64,000 nucleotides of DNA from an uncultured Planctomycetota bacterium (GCA_963845755.1 CAWJTV010000038.1:163210-227209), one strand, 5' to 3'; counted from the first letter of the stretch, positions 49,817 to 61,160 are shown. Notes: generated by a model from the sequence alone, not told the origin. Translations and numbers: made by a program.

Positions 49817-51130
49817 ATGCAATCGCTGATCGTGGGAGTCCTGGTGGTACTGGGCTTGATCGTAGCCAGGGGCTTGCTGGCCATGGCGGAGTTCGCCCTG
49901 GGGTCGGCACGCCCTTCGGTGCTGAAGGATCGGTCGGGCCGAGGAGACCGCGGTGCCGAGGCCGCGTTGCGGCTCGGCGCGGATCCCAAAGGGTACGCGC
50001 CGGCGTTCCAGACAGGGATCACGCTCATGGGCGCCCTGGCCGGGGCCTACGGTGGTGCGACCCTGGTACCCGCCCTGAGCCGTGCGATCGGCGAATCCGA
50101 GCCGGTTGGCCCTTACCGCGTTGCGATCGCGGTCGGCGTGGTCGCACTGGGCATCACGCTTGCGACACTCGTGCTGGGCGAGCTTGTGCCCAGACGAGTG
50201 GCCCAGAATCGGCCGGAGCCGATCGCGGGGTTGGTCTCGTGGCCGACCCGGTTGCTGGCAATGCTGGCCAACCCCATCGTCGGAGCCTTGAGCGCGGCGA
50301 CGGATTTCGCCCTGAGAGGCGTAGGCATCCGTCCGGCCCCCGAGCCACCGGTCACCGAGGAAGCCATCCGTGTCCTCATGAAGGAAGGGACCGAGGCGGG
50401 GGTCTTTGAGGAAGTCGAGCACGCGATGGTCAAGCGGGTCCTCCGCTTCGGCGATCGCCGCGCCCGGTCCCTGATGACCCCGCGCAACGAGGTCGTCTGG
50501 CTCGACCTCGCCGACTCCCCCGAGGAGATCCGGCGCAAGGTCATCGGCAGCCCGCACTCCCGATTCCCCGTCTGCGACCAGAGCCTCGACAACCTGCTGG
50601 GCATCGTCCACGTCAAGGACTTGCTCGGCCAGGGCCCGAACGTCGAACCCTTCCGAATCAAGGGACGACTCACGCTCCCCCTGTTCCTCTACGAGGGGAC
50701 GCACGGATTGAAGATCCTGGAGATGTTCAAGACCTCCGGCACTCACAACGCCATCGTGCTCGACGAATACGGGACGGTTGAGGGCCTCCTGACGCTGACC
50801 GACATCCTCCAGGCGATCGTGGGCGACCTGCCCGAGAGCGCCGACCATGAGGAGCCCCCGGCCGTCCAGCGGCCCGACGGGTCCTGGCTGATCGACGGCC
50901 GGCTGCCGCTCGACGATTTTCGCGACCTCCTCGACCTGCCGGCCGCCCCCGAGGGTGACTTCCATACGCTGGCCGGCTTCGTCGTCGCCCGGCTTGGGCA
51001 CATCCCCCGGATCGCGGAGAGCTTCGATGACGGTGCCCTCCATTTCGAAGTCGTCGACATGGACGGCAACCGCGTCGACCGCATCCTGGTCCAGCCGGTC
51101 CGGCGAGAGAGCGGCGATTCTCCGCGGTAG
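49817..51130 (+). CDS. HlyC/CorC family (CNNM-CBS-CorC) transporter
   Basis: AMAEFALGSAR, LVLGELVPRRVA, LMTPRNEV, HSRFPV, VLDEYGTVEGLLTLTDIL, FEVVDMDGNRVDRILV. Confidence 0.93.
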   Translation: MQSLIVGVLVVLGLIVARGLLAMAEFALGSARPSVLKDRSGRGDRGAEAALRLGADPKGYAPAFQTGITLMGALAGAYGGATLVPALSRAIGESEPVGPYRVAIAVGVVALGITLATLVLGELVPRRVAQNRPEPIAGLVSWPTRLLAMLANPIVGALSAATDFALRGVGIRPAPEPPVTEEAIRVLMKEGTEAGVFEEVEHAMVKRVLRFGDRRARSLMTPRNEVVWLDLADSPEEIRRKVIGSPHSRFPVCDQSLDNLLGIVHVKDLLGQGPNVEPFRIKGRLTLPLFLYEGTHGLKILEMFKTSGTHNAIVLDEYGTVEGLLTLTDILQAIVGDLPESADHEEPPAVQRPDGSWLIDGRLPLDDFRDLLDLPAAPEGDFHTLAGFVVARLGHIPRIAESFDDGALHFEVVDMDGNRVDRILVQPVRRESGDSPR

Positions 51131-51698
51131 ACCCTTCGTGCCACAGACCATCTCAAAGGAGTCGGGTTCCCCTTCAAAGGTGGGCGCCGGGTCCTGGTAG
51201 GCTTGCCGGGCCGCCAACAGGGATCCTGTCGCCCAATCCTCGACGGAGCCAGCCTGAGCCTTCTGGCGGGCCGCGTCCGCCGCGAGCCGGTCGTTACGCA
51301 CAACTCGTGATCTCTTGGGTCGGAGCGGTCGGCGGTGCTGATTATCGACCCCAACCGCGGAAGTGGCAATCCCCCGATCGGTCGGGCACGGAGGACCTTT
51401 AGGCGACAACTAGCCATGTGTGGCTATCTATATCCGCCAACCCCTCTGAATGGCCAAAGACGTCAACTTTTTATCATGGCGGATGATTCACTTACAAAGC
51501 AAAGCACGCTGTTTTTTCTCAACCGACACTTGTGTGCGCACTCCAATTCATGTATACGTCAAAGACGATCATGGACGGTGGTGAAGTCCCTGTTGTTTCT
51601 CCTGCCTCATGTCGGGCTGTAGAGGGGGTCAATGTGCGGTGGTCAGCGCGCCTACGGATTGAGCCCCGTTATGCTGCTCTTCCCGAGAGGAGCTAACG

Positions 51699-52457
51699 AT
51701 GCTGAGAGACCGGATCGCGTTCGCCGTCCTGCACTCGCCGCTCGCGCCGGTGGCCGAGGCCATCCGGTGGATCCGGAGGACCCCCGATCACCTGCGCCAT
51801 CCGGAGCTTGCGGAGCTCCGCCGCGAGCCCCACCGCATGGCCGAGCTGATGCGGCGGTCGATCGGGAAGGCGACGAACTGCGTGGACGCGGGCGCACATC
51901 TGGGGTCGGTGCTGAAGGAGATGGTGCGATTGGCGCCAGTCGGGAGGCACATCGCCATCGAGCCGGTGTCGTACCAGTCCGCGTGGTTGGGACGCCGGTT
52001 CCCCTCCGTGGCGGTCCACTCAGTAGTGCTGAGCGAGCGGGCCGGCACGGCGGAATTCTGGCTCGACTGCAACCGGTCGGGATACAGTGGCCTGACGCGA
52101 TCGGCCGGCGCCGTGCCGATCTCGGTTCCGTGCCGGCCGTTGGACGACCTCGTACCCCGGGGGCACCGGGTCGGTTTCCTGAAGATCGACGTCGAGGGCC
52201 ACGAGGCGTCGGTACTGCGCGGCGCCCGGCGAATGCTCGACGAGGGGCAGCCGGTTGTGATGTTCGAGTGTGGCCCGAGTCTCTCACGCCAGGGCGCCGC
52301 GCATCTCTTCGGGCTTCTCGTCGGCGAGATCGGCTACGACGTATGGCAGATCCGGGACTACCTCGACGGGGGCAGCCGGCTTGACTTCGTCGGCTTCGAG
52401 CGGACGCGGGCCTACCCGTTCGCGGCGTTCAATTTCGTGGCGGCGCCCCGATCGTAG
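51699..52457 (+). CDS. FkbM family methyltransferase
   Basis: CVDAGAHLG, IAIEP, LDDLV..FLKIDVEGHEASVLRGA, VMFE. Confidence 0.9.
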   Translation: MLRDRIAFAVLHSPLAPVAEAIRWIRRTPDHLRHPELAELRREPHRMAELMRRSIGKATNCVDAGAHLGSVLKEMVRLAPVGRHIAIEPVSYQSAWLGRRFPSVAVHSVVLSERAGTAEFWLDCNRSGYSGLTRSAGAVPISVPCRPLDDLVPRGHRVGFLKIDVEGHEASVLRGARRMLDEGQPVVMFECGPSLSRQGAAHLFGLLVGEIGYDVWQIRDYLDGGSRLDFVGFERTRAYPFAAFNFVAAPRS

Positions 52458-52588
52458 GACCGACCGCGACCGCGACCGGGAAACGGGGACGCAGCGAGTT
52501 TTCCGGTCGAGCGTCAGACGGCCCAGAGAAGGGGTGGGCTGATTCCCGTTCTATTGGCCCATGAGCCAAAAAGCCAAACCCTTCCCTC

Positions 52589-52617
52589 TTGACTATAGAC
52601 AGACCTGTCTGTATAAA
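52589..52617 (+). promoter_or_regulatory. Sigma70 promoter overlapped by TetR operator 1
   Basis: TTGACT(52589)-17 bp-TATAAA(52612); dyad agacagac-ct-gtctgtat in the spacer and -10 box. Confidence 0.8.
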
Positions 52618-52623
52618 AGCGGC

Positions 52624-53205
52624 ATGGGACGCACGAAGGCCACCTCCGACGCCCGCCGGCGCATCCTCGACACCGCCGACCGCCTCTTCTACGCCGAGGG
52701 AGTCCGGGCCGTCGGGATCGACCGCATCATTGCCGAGTCGGGCGTCGCCAAGATGACCCTCTACTCGCACTTCCCGGGCAAAGACGACCTCATCCTGGCC
52801 GTCCTCCAATACCGGGAGGGGGAGTTCCTGACGTGGTTCGATCAGGCGATGGGACGGCACGTCGAAGCCGGCGAGGACCCGATCGGTGCCCTGTTCTCCG
52901 CCCTGAAGGAGTGGTTCGAGACGCCGACCTTCCGGGGCTGCGCGTTCATCAACGCTTCGGTGGAGCTGACCGACTGCGGCCATCCCGGCTTCGCCTTCGT
53001 CCGAGAGCACAAGGGCCGGTTCTACTCCTTCGTCGCGAGGCTGATTGAGGAGTCGATGGGGAAGCCGGCGGCGAAACTGGCCCCGGCGGTCGCCCTGCTG
53101 GTCGAGGGGGCCATCGTCACGGCGGTCATCGAGGGCACGTCCCGGCCCGCCGACGTGGCCCGTGAGGCGGCCGTACGGCTGCTGTCGAAGATCAAGAAAG
53201 GATGA
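52624..53205 (+). CDS. TetR/AcrR family transcriptional regulator
   Basis: [52 protein letters not shown]. Confidence 0.95.
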   Translation: MGRTKATSDARRRILDTADRLFYAEGVRAVGIDRIIAESGVAKMTLYSHFPGKDDLILAVLQYREGEFLTWFDQAMGRHVEAGEDPIGALFSALKEWFETPTFRGCAFINASVELTDCGHPGFAFVREHKGRFYSFVARLIEESMGKPAAKLAPAVALLVEGAIVTAVIEGTSRPADVAREAAVRLLSKIKKG

Positions 53206-53231
53206 CCGTGTTCGCTTTTTTCGAGTTACCC

Positions 53232-53249
53232 ATACAGACCTGTCTGTAT
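53232..53249. promoter_or_regulatory. TetR operator 2 (perfect dyad ATACAGAC-CT-GTCTGTAT)
   Basis: Same core as operator 1; lies upstream of the hydrolase RBS. Confidence 0.8.
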
Positions 53250-53276
53250 AGGTCCCGACACTCCCAGGAGAGATCC

Positions 53277-54266
53277 ATGCGCACCCGTAAGACGGTACTG
53301 ATCCCCGCGGTCCTGGCCCTCGGCAGCCTTGTGTCCCATGCGACCCTCCGTGCTCAGGAGGTCGCCCCGGCGGCGGCTCCGGCCGGGCAGGTCTTCCACC
53401 GCACCGTGAAGGTCAACGGCCTCGACGTCTTCTACCGGGAGGCCGGGCCGGGCGACGCCCCGGCGATTCTGCTGTTGCACGGCTTCCCGACGTCGTCACA
53501 CATGTTCCGCAACCTGATCCCGGCCCTGGCCGATCGCTACCACGTCGTCGCCCCCGACTACCCCGGCTTCGGCAACAGTTCGGCCCCCTCGGTCGAACAG
53601 TTCGAGTACACCTTCGACAACCTCGCCAAGGTGATCGATGCTTTCACCGAGCGGGTCGGGCTCAAGAGGTTCGCCCTCTACGTTCAGGACTACGGGGCTC
53701 CGGTCGGCTACCGGCTGGCCGTGAGTCACCCGGAGCGGGTCACGGCGCTGATCGTCCAGAACGGCAACGCCTACGACGAGGGCCTCGACAACGAGTTCTG
53801 GGTGCCGGTCAAGGCATACTGGAAGGACCGCACCGAGGCCAACGCCGCCCCACTGCGGAAGTTCCTGACCCGAGAGGCCACGCGGTGGCAGTACACCCAC
53901 GGCGTCCGCAACGTCGAGGCGATCAGCCCGGACACCTGGAACATCGACCAGTCGCTCCTGGACCGTCCCGGCAACGCCGAGATCCAACTGGCCCTGTTAT
54001 ACAGCTACGGGTCGAACCCGCCGCACTACGCCGAGTGGCAGGCGTACTTCCGCAAGCACCAGCCCCCGACGCTCATCGTCTGGGGCAAGAACGACGCGAT
54101 CTTCCCGCCCGCCGGTGCCCACCCCTACCGGCGGGACATCAAGGATGTCGAATTCCACCTGCTCGATACGGGCCACTTCGCCCTCGAGGAGGACGGCCCG
54201 ACGATCGCCCGGCTGATGCGGGACTTCCTGTCGAAACGGGGCATCGGCGCCGCGCCGAAGCCCTGA
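53277..54266 (+). CDS. Alpha/beta hydrolase (epoxide hydrolase / haloalkane dehalogenase-like), secreted
   Basis: [25 protein letters not shown] (Asp nucleophile), DTGHFALE; signal peptide. Confidence 0.92.
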   Translation: MRTRKTVLIPAVLALGSLVSHATLRAQEVAPAAAPAGQVFHRTVKVNGLDVFYREAGPGDAPAILLLHGFPTSSHMFRNLIPALADRYHVVAPDYPGFGNSSAPSVEQFEYTFDNLAKVIDAFTERVGLKRFALYVQDYGAPVGYRLAVSHPERVTALIVQNGNAYDEGLDNEFWVPVKAYWKDRTEANAAPLRKFLTREATRWQYTHGVRNVEAISPDTWNIDQSLLDRPGNAEIQLALLYSYGSNPPHYAEWQAYFRKHQPPTLIVWGKNDAIFPPAGAHPYRRDIKDVEFHLLDTGHFALEEDGPTIARLMRDFLSKRGIGAAPKP

Positions 54267-54372
54267 CCCGCATCTGCGTGCATGAGCCGGGCCTCGCCCG
54301 TGTGACCCACGAGGCCCGGCGCGGTGTCCCGTGGGATTGGGCCGCAATCATCGCGGATCGAGGGCGATACCC

Positions 54373-54999
54373 ATGCCGAGTTTTCCCAGCGACGTGGCCT
54401 TCACGCCGGCCGTCAAGGCCATCCAGGTCGAGAAGGGCTCCCGAGACGCCTACGCCCGCGTGGAATCGGGATCTGGCTGGAAGACGACCGTGACGCCGGA
54501 GTTGGAGACGTTCCTCTCTCAGCTCGACATGTTCTACTTCGGCACGGCCAACGCCGAGGGGCAGCCGTATATCCAGCACCGGGGCGGGCCGCCCGGCTTC
54601 CTGAAGGTGCTGGGCGAGCGGACGCTGGGGTTCGCCGACTTCGGCGGCAACGGGCAGTACATCACGCTCGGCAACCTGTCCGAGAACCCGAAAGCCTTCG
54701 TGTTCCTCATGGACTATGTGAACCGGCGCCGGGTGAAACTCTGGGGCCGGGCTCGGGTGGTCGAGGGTGACGAGGAACTCCTTCAGAGGCTCGGCGATCC
54801 TGCTTACCCCGCCCACCCCGAGCGCGCGATCGTCTTCGAGGTGGAGGCGTGGGACATGAACTGCCCGCGGCACATCCGCCGTCGGCTCCCGGAGGCGACG
54901 GTCGCCGCGGTCGTCGATCGGCTCCAGGCCCGCATCCGGGAGCTGGAGGCCGAGGTCGCCGGGCTGCGTGCCGACCGCGAACGCCTCGAGCCCGAGTAA
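54373..54999 (+). CDS. Pyridoxamine 5'-phosphate oxidase-like FMN-binding protein
   Basis: PYIQHRGGPPGFLKV, FADFGGNGQYITLGNL, RRVKLWGRA, WDMNCPRHI. Confidence 0.9.
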   Translation: MPSFPSDVAFTPAVKAIQVEKGSRDAYARVESGSGWKTTVTPELETFLSQLDMFYFGTANAEGQPYIQHRGGPPGFLKVLGERTLGFADFGGNGQYITLGNLSENPKAFVFLMDYVNRRRVKLWGRARVVEGDEELLQRLGDPAYPAHPERAIVFEVEAWDMNCPRHIRRRLPEATVAAVVDRLQARIRELEAEVAGLRADRERLEPE

Positions 55000-55561
55000 G
55001 ATGGGCAGTCCAGCCAGTCCGGCGCGACAGCAGCGACGTTCCGCGATTATCCCCCTCGCATCAATGACCTCCGAAACAAGGATTGAGGACTTACGTCGAA
55101 TTCCCAATGTAGAGCCTGGTATCGTCTCAACCCCTTCCCGATGGTCGTGCGACTGGGCCGCTGGTCTCGGGCGATCGAGCGGAGCCGCCTGTCGGCGGGC
55201 CGCTGATCTATGGCGTAAGAAGGTGGGACGCTCCCATGAGTCGATCTGGCGCGCCGCTGATGATGATCCTGGTGCTGATGGGACCGGATCGAGGCGCGGA
55301 TCGACTCCTCCGCCGTTCGACCGGCGATCGAGAAATGGCCAGTCTGTTCGGTCAACTCGAAAGAGCCTCCCGGAATCTTCAGAGGACTGCCGAGACGAGC
55401 AGCCAGCGGCATACCGAGAAGGCACAGAGTCAGGTTGAGCGCTGGGACCCGTTCAACGACGAGCAACATCGCCGCGCGTAATCCTGGCGGAGTGTTGCCC
55501 TCGATCCGCGCCGCCGATAGACTGCGCAAGACGACCGATTCCCCCCTTGAGGAGAACGACG

Positions 55562-56794
55562 ATGGTCCGCTCCACCTCGCGGCGCAACTTCCTGGAGACG
55601 ATCGGCGGCATGGGTGCCGTCGCGGCGGGTACGCTGTCGACGCTCGAATCGGCGCGAGGCTACTCGGCCAACGACACCCTCGAGGTAGCTTGCCTGGGCA
55701 CCGGCGGGCGTTGCCGGACGCTCATGCAGTCGCTGGCCAAGGTGCCGGGCGTCCGGCTCGCGGCCGTCTGCGACATCTACGATGCCCATCTGGACGCCGG
55801 CAAGAAACTCGCGGACCCCAAGGCCATCGCCACCAAGCATTATCGCGAGCTCCTCGACCGCAAGGACATCGACGCCGTCCTGATCGGCAGCCCCGACCAC
55901 TGGCACGTGCCGATGTCCGTCGACGCGTGCAACGCCGGCAAGGACGTCTATGTCGAGAAGCCGCTCACCCATGACCTGGCCGAGGGCGCGGCGATCATCG
56001 ACGCCCAGAATCGGAACAAGAAGGTCGTCCAGGTCGGCATGCAACAGCGCAGCATGCCGCATATCCAGAAGGCGCGCGAGCTCGTCAAGGGCGGGCGGAT
56101 CGGCGAGATCTTCAAGATTCACCTGAGCTGGAACCGCGGCGGGACCTTCCGGTTCCGTCGCACGCCGATGGGCGTTAATCCCAGCCAGGTCGCCTGGAAG
56201 GACTTCCTCGGCTCGGCCCCCGATCAGCCGTTCGACGATTTCCGATTCCGCAACTGGCGATGGTTCTGGGACTTCGGCGGTGGACTCCTCACCGATTTGA
56301 TGGTCCACTGGATCGACGTCGCCCACTGGTTCATCGACGCCGATCATCCGGTCAAGGCCACGAGCATCGGCGACCACTATGCCAGCAAGGATGTCTGGCA
56401 GACCCCGGATACGATCCAGTGCATCCTGGAGTACCCGAACAACATCCAGGCCCACTTCGAAGGAACGTTCTCCAATGCGACCTATGGCGCCATGATCACG
56501 TTCATGGGGACCGACGGCACGCTGTACATCGATCGGGGACGATACGAGATCACCCCCGAGCACGGAAAGGGGAAGCCCGAGTCGTGGATCCTGGGGAGCA
56601 ATCCCCACAAGGGGGCGGACTTCTACGACAAGCCCGACGGCGAGCTGCTCCACCTGACCAACTGGGTCGAGTGCGTCCGCAGTCGTCAGCGGCCCAACGC
56701 GCCGGCCGAGGCGGGCGTCGGCGCCGCATCGGCCGCCCACCTGGGCAATCGCGCCTATCGCTCCGGCGAGGTGGCCATCTGGACGACGGGATGA
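55562..56794 (+). CDS. Gfo/Idh/MocA oxidoreductase with Tat signal
   Basis: SRRNFL, LGTGGR, SPDHWH, VYVEKPL, GMQQRS, DLMVHWID. Confidence 0.93.
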   Translation: MVRSTSRRNFLETIGGMGAVAAGTLSTLESARGYSANDTLEVACLGTGGRCRTLMQSLAKVPGVRLAAVCDIYDAHLDAGKKLADPKAIATKHYRELLDRKDIDAVLIGSPDHWHVPMSVDACNAGKDVYVEKPLTHDLAEGAAIIDAQNRNKKVVQVGMQQRSMPHIQKARELVKGGRIGEIFKIHLSWNRGGTFRFRRTPMGVNPSQVAWKDFLGSAPDQPFDDFRFRNWRWFWDFGGGLLTDLMVHWIDVAHWFIDADHPVKATSIGDHYASKDVWQTPDTIQCILEYPNNIQAHFEGTFSNATYGAMITFMGTDGTLYIDRGRYEITPEHGKGKPESWILGSNPHKGADFYDKPDGELLHLTNWVECVRSRQRPNAPAEAGVGAASAAHLGNRAYRSGEVAIWTTG

Positions 56795-57030
56795 CCTGGT
56801 TATCGGAACGGGGCCACTCTCGAGGCCCGGATCGTCGCGGCTCGGTTACGGGCCATGCTGCCGGCGACCCGGCCGATCGTGGCGTTCTTCACGGTCGAGC
56901 ACCAATATGGGGCCGCCTCGGGCAGTCACCACCTGAGGGTCGGGCAATGGGATTTCGCGGGGTTCGGCTTCATCGCAAGACCGGCGGTGGCATCTCGCCG
57001 GGCGTGCAAATCCAGAGGAAACGGTCACCT

Positions 57031-58736
57031 ATGAGACGAATCATACAGCATGGCGGTTTGGCGTTTGTCATCGTGCTGTCAGGCGCGATTTCCTGGCTCG
57101 AACCGGCGGAGGCCGAGATTCTTTTCAAGGCCGACTTCGAAACCGGCGACTTCAGCCAATTCAGCGGCAGGAGCAAGAATATCAAGCCGGGTCATATCGA
57201 GGTCGTGACCGATATCGTCCACTCCGGCAAGTACGCCGGCCGATTCACGATCCACGAAGACAACGTCTTCAACGCGCGGCAATTGCGCGTCCAGGCCAAT
57301 GGGCCCAAAGTCACGGTCAAGGAGGAGTCGGACACCTTCGTGTCGTTCTATATGTACATGAAGGATGCACCCAAGGACCGCGACAATTTCTTCTACTGGG
57401 AAGGCAGCCCGCCGCCGCGCTATAACAACGTGATGACGTGGTGGGTGGAGCCGAAAAAGGACGGGGCTGGCACGTTCATCAAGTATGGCACGGGCAACCT
57501 GGGCCGAAAGGGCGTTCATTGGGAGGCGGATTTCACCGTCGGCCGATGGCATCAACTGGGCATGCACATTCATTGGTCGGAAGATCCGGCCAAGGGGAAT
57601 GTCAAGCTCTGGTGGGACGGCGTGGTGGTCCTGGATAAGAAGGTCCAGACGAAGGGTCCGCAGAGTGTCTACTTCTCCCAGCCGGGAATCCATCGCGACC
57701 CGCACACCAAATCGGTTGACACCATCTATTTCGACGACTTCCTCTGCGCCACAACGCTCGAGGAGATCAAGATTCAAGAACCAGGCGCGCAGCGCGCGGG
57801 CCATCGCCCTCGGTGCCGCGCCCGAACCCGGATTCCCAGTACCGACTCGGGCCCGACTCCCTGCCGCAGGAGGGTGTCCCGAAGGGGGAAATCCGCGGGC
57901 CTTACACGCTCCCTAGCCAGGTCTACGCCGGCACCCAGCACACGTACTGGGTTTACGTCCCGGCCCAGTACGACCCCGCCGTCCCGGCCGCCCTGATGGT
58001 CTACCAGGATGGTCAGGCGTTCAAGGACGAGAAGGGGGACATGCGGGCCCAGAACGTGATGGACAACCTGATCTATCGGCGGGAGATCCCGGTCATGCTG
58101 GGAGTGTTCATCAATCCCGGCCGGCGGCCGGACCAGCCCGAGCCCACGCCGCGGAACTGGGGGGACCGGGACACCAATCGGCCGACCGAGTACAACTCGC
58201 TCGATGACAAATACGCGCGGGTGATCACCGAGGAGTTGATGCCGGCCCTGCGAAAGGACTTCAACATCGCGAATGACCCGGAGATGCACGGGATCGGCGG
58301 GTCGAGTTCGGGGGCGATCGCGGCCTTCACGGTCGCGTGGGAGCGACCGAACGACTTCCGGAAGGTGCTGAGCAACGTCGGCAGCTTCGTGAACCTGCGC
58401 GGCGGTCACGTCTACCCGGAGAAGGTCCTGGCGAGCGAGAAGAAGCCGATCCGCGTGTTCCTGTGCGACGGGCGGAACGACAACCGGGGCCTCCGCAATG
58501 GCAGGTACGACGAGAAGCGGGATTGGTTTTACCAGAACGTGCGGCTGATGAAGGCCCTCACGCAGAAGGGATACGACGTGACCTACTCGTGGGGGATGAA
58601 CGCGCATGGGCAGAAGTTCGGCGGGGCGATCCTGCCGGATATGATGCGATGGCTGTGGCGCGACGGCCCGGTCTCCACCGACCCGAAAGACCAGGTGGAG
58701 CGGACGTTCAACCAGCCGGCCGCGAGGAAGAACTAG
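57031..58736 (+). CDS. Secreted polysaccharide-lyase-like domain probably fused to an alpha/beta esterase (frameshift near 57790)
   Basis: Signal peptide, [32 protein letters not shown]; then [19 protein letters not shown] nucleophile, AHGQ; no stop or RBS at the junction. Confidence 0.7.
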
Positions 58737-58794
58737 ATGAAATCCGCGGGATTTTCGAGACGTCGCGTGCCAGACCACCCCGGGTCCGGAGTCC

Positions 58795-58933
58795 CTCGTT
58801 CCCACGGTCCCCGTGGGAATGCCGTCCTCGACGCTCCGCGTCGTCGGACCCGACCGGCGGAGGAGGGATGGACTCAGGCGGGAGGGACGCAGAGCGTCCC
58901 AGACGGCATTCCCACGGGGACCGTGGGAACGAG
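58795..58933. repeat. REPIN-like element, second copy
   Basis: ctcgttcccacggtccccgtgggaatgccgtc ... gacggcattcccacggggaccgtgggaacgag. Confidence 0.8.
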
Positions 58934-59052
58934 ATCCATCCCAACGATCGGGGCATCACAGCTCCCGGACGGGATCGCCTGCGGAGTGCCGGCATTCCCC
59001 CAGGAAAACGACGGTCGGCCTTCACGGATCAGGCCCTTAAGTTAACGCCTAT

Positions 59053-59140
59053 GCCCCCGCCCTCCCTTCGTCAGGGGGGGAAAGGAAATGGGGCACTCCT
59101 CCTCAATTATCCCCCCTGGCGAAGGGGGGTTCGGGGGAGT
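59053..59140. repeat. CCCCC..GGGGG hairpin repeat pair
   Basis: cctcccttcgtcagggggggaa and ccccccctggcgaagggggggtt-type units. Confidence 0.5.
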
Positions 59141-59204
59141 TTTTAGGGGCCGACGGGCGGCCGATCGCATCAGCATCTTTGGAGGGCGTTGAACGATTCT
59201 TGCC

Positions 59205-60476
59205 ATGACTCCACTCGACCGTTCTCGTCGTTCGTTCCTGGGGACCTCGGTTGCCCTGGTGGGGACAACGCCGCTCATCGCCGATTCGCTCCAGGCGCGA
59301 TCGCGTGAAGCCGGTGGGCCGCTCATGGCCTATGTCGGGACGTTCAGTTCTCCGCTTCGCGATGTGTTGCCGACGCAGGTGGATCGACCGCCCGGCAATG
59401 GTCGGGGCATCCACCTTTTCCGGGTGAATCGCGCCACCGGGGCGATGACGCCCGCCGGCGTCCAGGAGATGGGGACGAGCCCGAGCTGCCTGGCACCGAA
59501 CGCCGCTGGAACCCGGCTGTATTCCGCCAATGAGACCGATCAGGTGGGTGACGGCAAGGAAGGCACGATCAGCGCCTTCGCCGTCGATCCGTCCGACGGG
59601 CATTTGACCTGGCTCAACAGCGTTCGCTCGGGCGGTGCCGGTCCGACTTATGTGAGCGTCCATCCGTCCGGACGATTCGTCCTGGTGGCCAACTATTTCG
59701 GCGGCTCCGTCGCCGTGCTGCCGATCGGGCCCGACGGTCGTCTGGGCGATGCCGCGGACATCAAGAAGGATGCCGGCAAGATCGGCCCCACCCGGGCGAC
59801 CGGCCGTCCACCGGGCAGCTTCGCCGTCAGCGGACATGATCGGACTCACGCGCACATGATTCGGGCCGATCCCTCCGGGCGTTTCGTGCTGCATGTCGAC
59901 CTGGGCCTGGATCAGATTTTCGTCTGGCGGTTCAACGAACGGGTGGGCGAGCTGACTCCGAATGAACCGCACGCGGTCTCGCTGCCACCCGGAGATGGGC
60001 CGCGGCATTTCCATTTTCACCCCAACGGCCGTTGGTTCTACTCCATCCAGGAGGAAGCCTCGACCATCGTCCTGTTCGACTACGACGGCGGGACGGGTCG
60101 ATTGGCACCGCGGCAGACGATCTCCACCTTGCCGCCCGGATTTGCTGGCACGAACTTCTGTTCCGGGATCCTGGTTTCCGCCGATGGACGATTTGTCTAT
60201 GCGGGCAACCGCTTGCACGACAGCATCGGGATCTTTTCCATCGGCCCGGAGGGCGGCCTGACGTTCCGAGGGGAAGAATGGACACGGGGAGACTATCCGC
60301 GCAGCTTCAACTTCGACCCCACCGGCCAGTTCCTCTATTGTTGCAATCAGCGGGCTGACCACATCGCCGTCTTCCAGGTCGATCGCGAGACGGGCGGACT
60401 CAAATTCACCGGACATTACAGCCCTGTCGGCAATCCTTCGAGCATCGTGTTCCTCGATCTCGCCAAGGCGAGTTGA
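59205..60476 (+). CDS. Lactonase family (6-phosphogluconolactonase-like) with Tat signal
   Basis: SRRSFL, YVGT, LVANYFGGSV, HAHMI, DLGLD, GDGPRH, GNRLHDSI, YPRSFNFDP. Confidence 0.92.
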   Translation: MTPLDRSRRSFLGTSVALVGTTPLIADSLQARSREAGGPLMAYVGTFSSPLRDVLPTQVDRPPGNGRGIHLFRVNRATGAMTPAGVQEMGTSPSCLAPNAAGTRLYSANETDQVGDGKEGTISAFAVDPSDGHLTWLNSVRSGGAGPTYVSVHPSGRFVLVANYFGGSVAVLPIGPDGRLGDAADIKKDAGKIGPTRATGRPPGSFAVSGHDRTHAHMIRADPSGRFVLHVDLGLDQIFVWRFNERVGELTPNEPHAVSLPPGDGPRHFHFHPNGRWFYSIQEEASTIVLFDYDGGTGRLAPRQTISTLPPGFAGTNFCSGILVSADGRFVYAGNRLHDSIGIFSIGPEGGLTFRGEEWTRGDYPRSFNFDPTGQFLYCCNQRADHIAVFQVDRETGGLKFTGHYSPVGNPSSIVFLDLAKAS

Positions 60477-60555
60477 AGTCCTGTGTTTTTGAAATTATGC
60501 CTTGATCGAAAGAGGGCGGATGCGCGGTGTGGCGGAATTCGGGAGGCCGGCGGCC

Positions 60556-61160
60556 TCAATTCGGTTCCTTGCTGAGCCGGCGCATCTCCTCCTCGATCAT
60601 CCGCTGGGCCCGGTGCTTGGCCATGAAGACCCGGGCGACCGTCATGCCGAGTTCCCGCGCGACATCGGCACCCTGCGCTGGTCGATGGCCGTCAGGCGGA
60701 AGGCCTGCCAGTTTGCCGGCTTCACCCGCTTCTCGGCGCGTCGCATGGCGATCTCGAGCAGCTCGCGATCGAAGGCGTCTTCCATCCGGCCGCTCAGGTC
60801 GTCGAGGGCCGCGCGGGAGTCGAGGAGGGCCCGGAACCACTCCGGGTCCTCGGTGGATTCGCGGCGGTGCGACCGGACGAAGTCGCTCCAGGCGTTCTGG
60901 GTGACCGTCTTGAGCCAGGCGCGGAAGCTGCGGTCGGGATCATAATCGAACGACTTCATGGCGGCGAGGAGCTTGACCAAAACCTCCTGGACGACGTCGT
61001 CGGCATCGTCGGGCCGTGCGCCCGACCGCAGGCACCATTCCCGGATCATCGGCTGGTAACGGCGGACGAACTCCTCCCACGCCTCGACGTCGGCGGGATC
61101 GCGGCGGACCCGCATCATCAGGCTGATCGAGGTCTCGGCCTCCGGCTTCTCGGTCGGCAT
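60556..61160 (-). CDS. ECF sigma factor (frameshift near 60675), ECF4
   Basis: TSISLMMRV..AWEEFVRRYQPMI, DADDVVQEV, SFRAWLKTV, WQAFRLTA, ADVARELGMTVARVFMAKHR. Confidence 0.9.

Noticed and set aside
51400..51640. AT-richer intergenic tract before FkbM (also 21530-21640) as an ncRNA or riboswitch
   Set aside because: No recognisable conserved RNA motif; it is consistent with ordinary promoter DNA.
55000..55500. ORFs 54968-55438 and 55236-55481
   Set aside because: No motifs or convincing RBS; possibly a decayed remnant, but I cannot support it.
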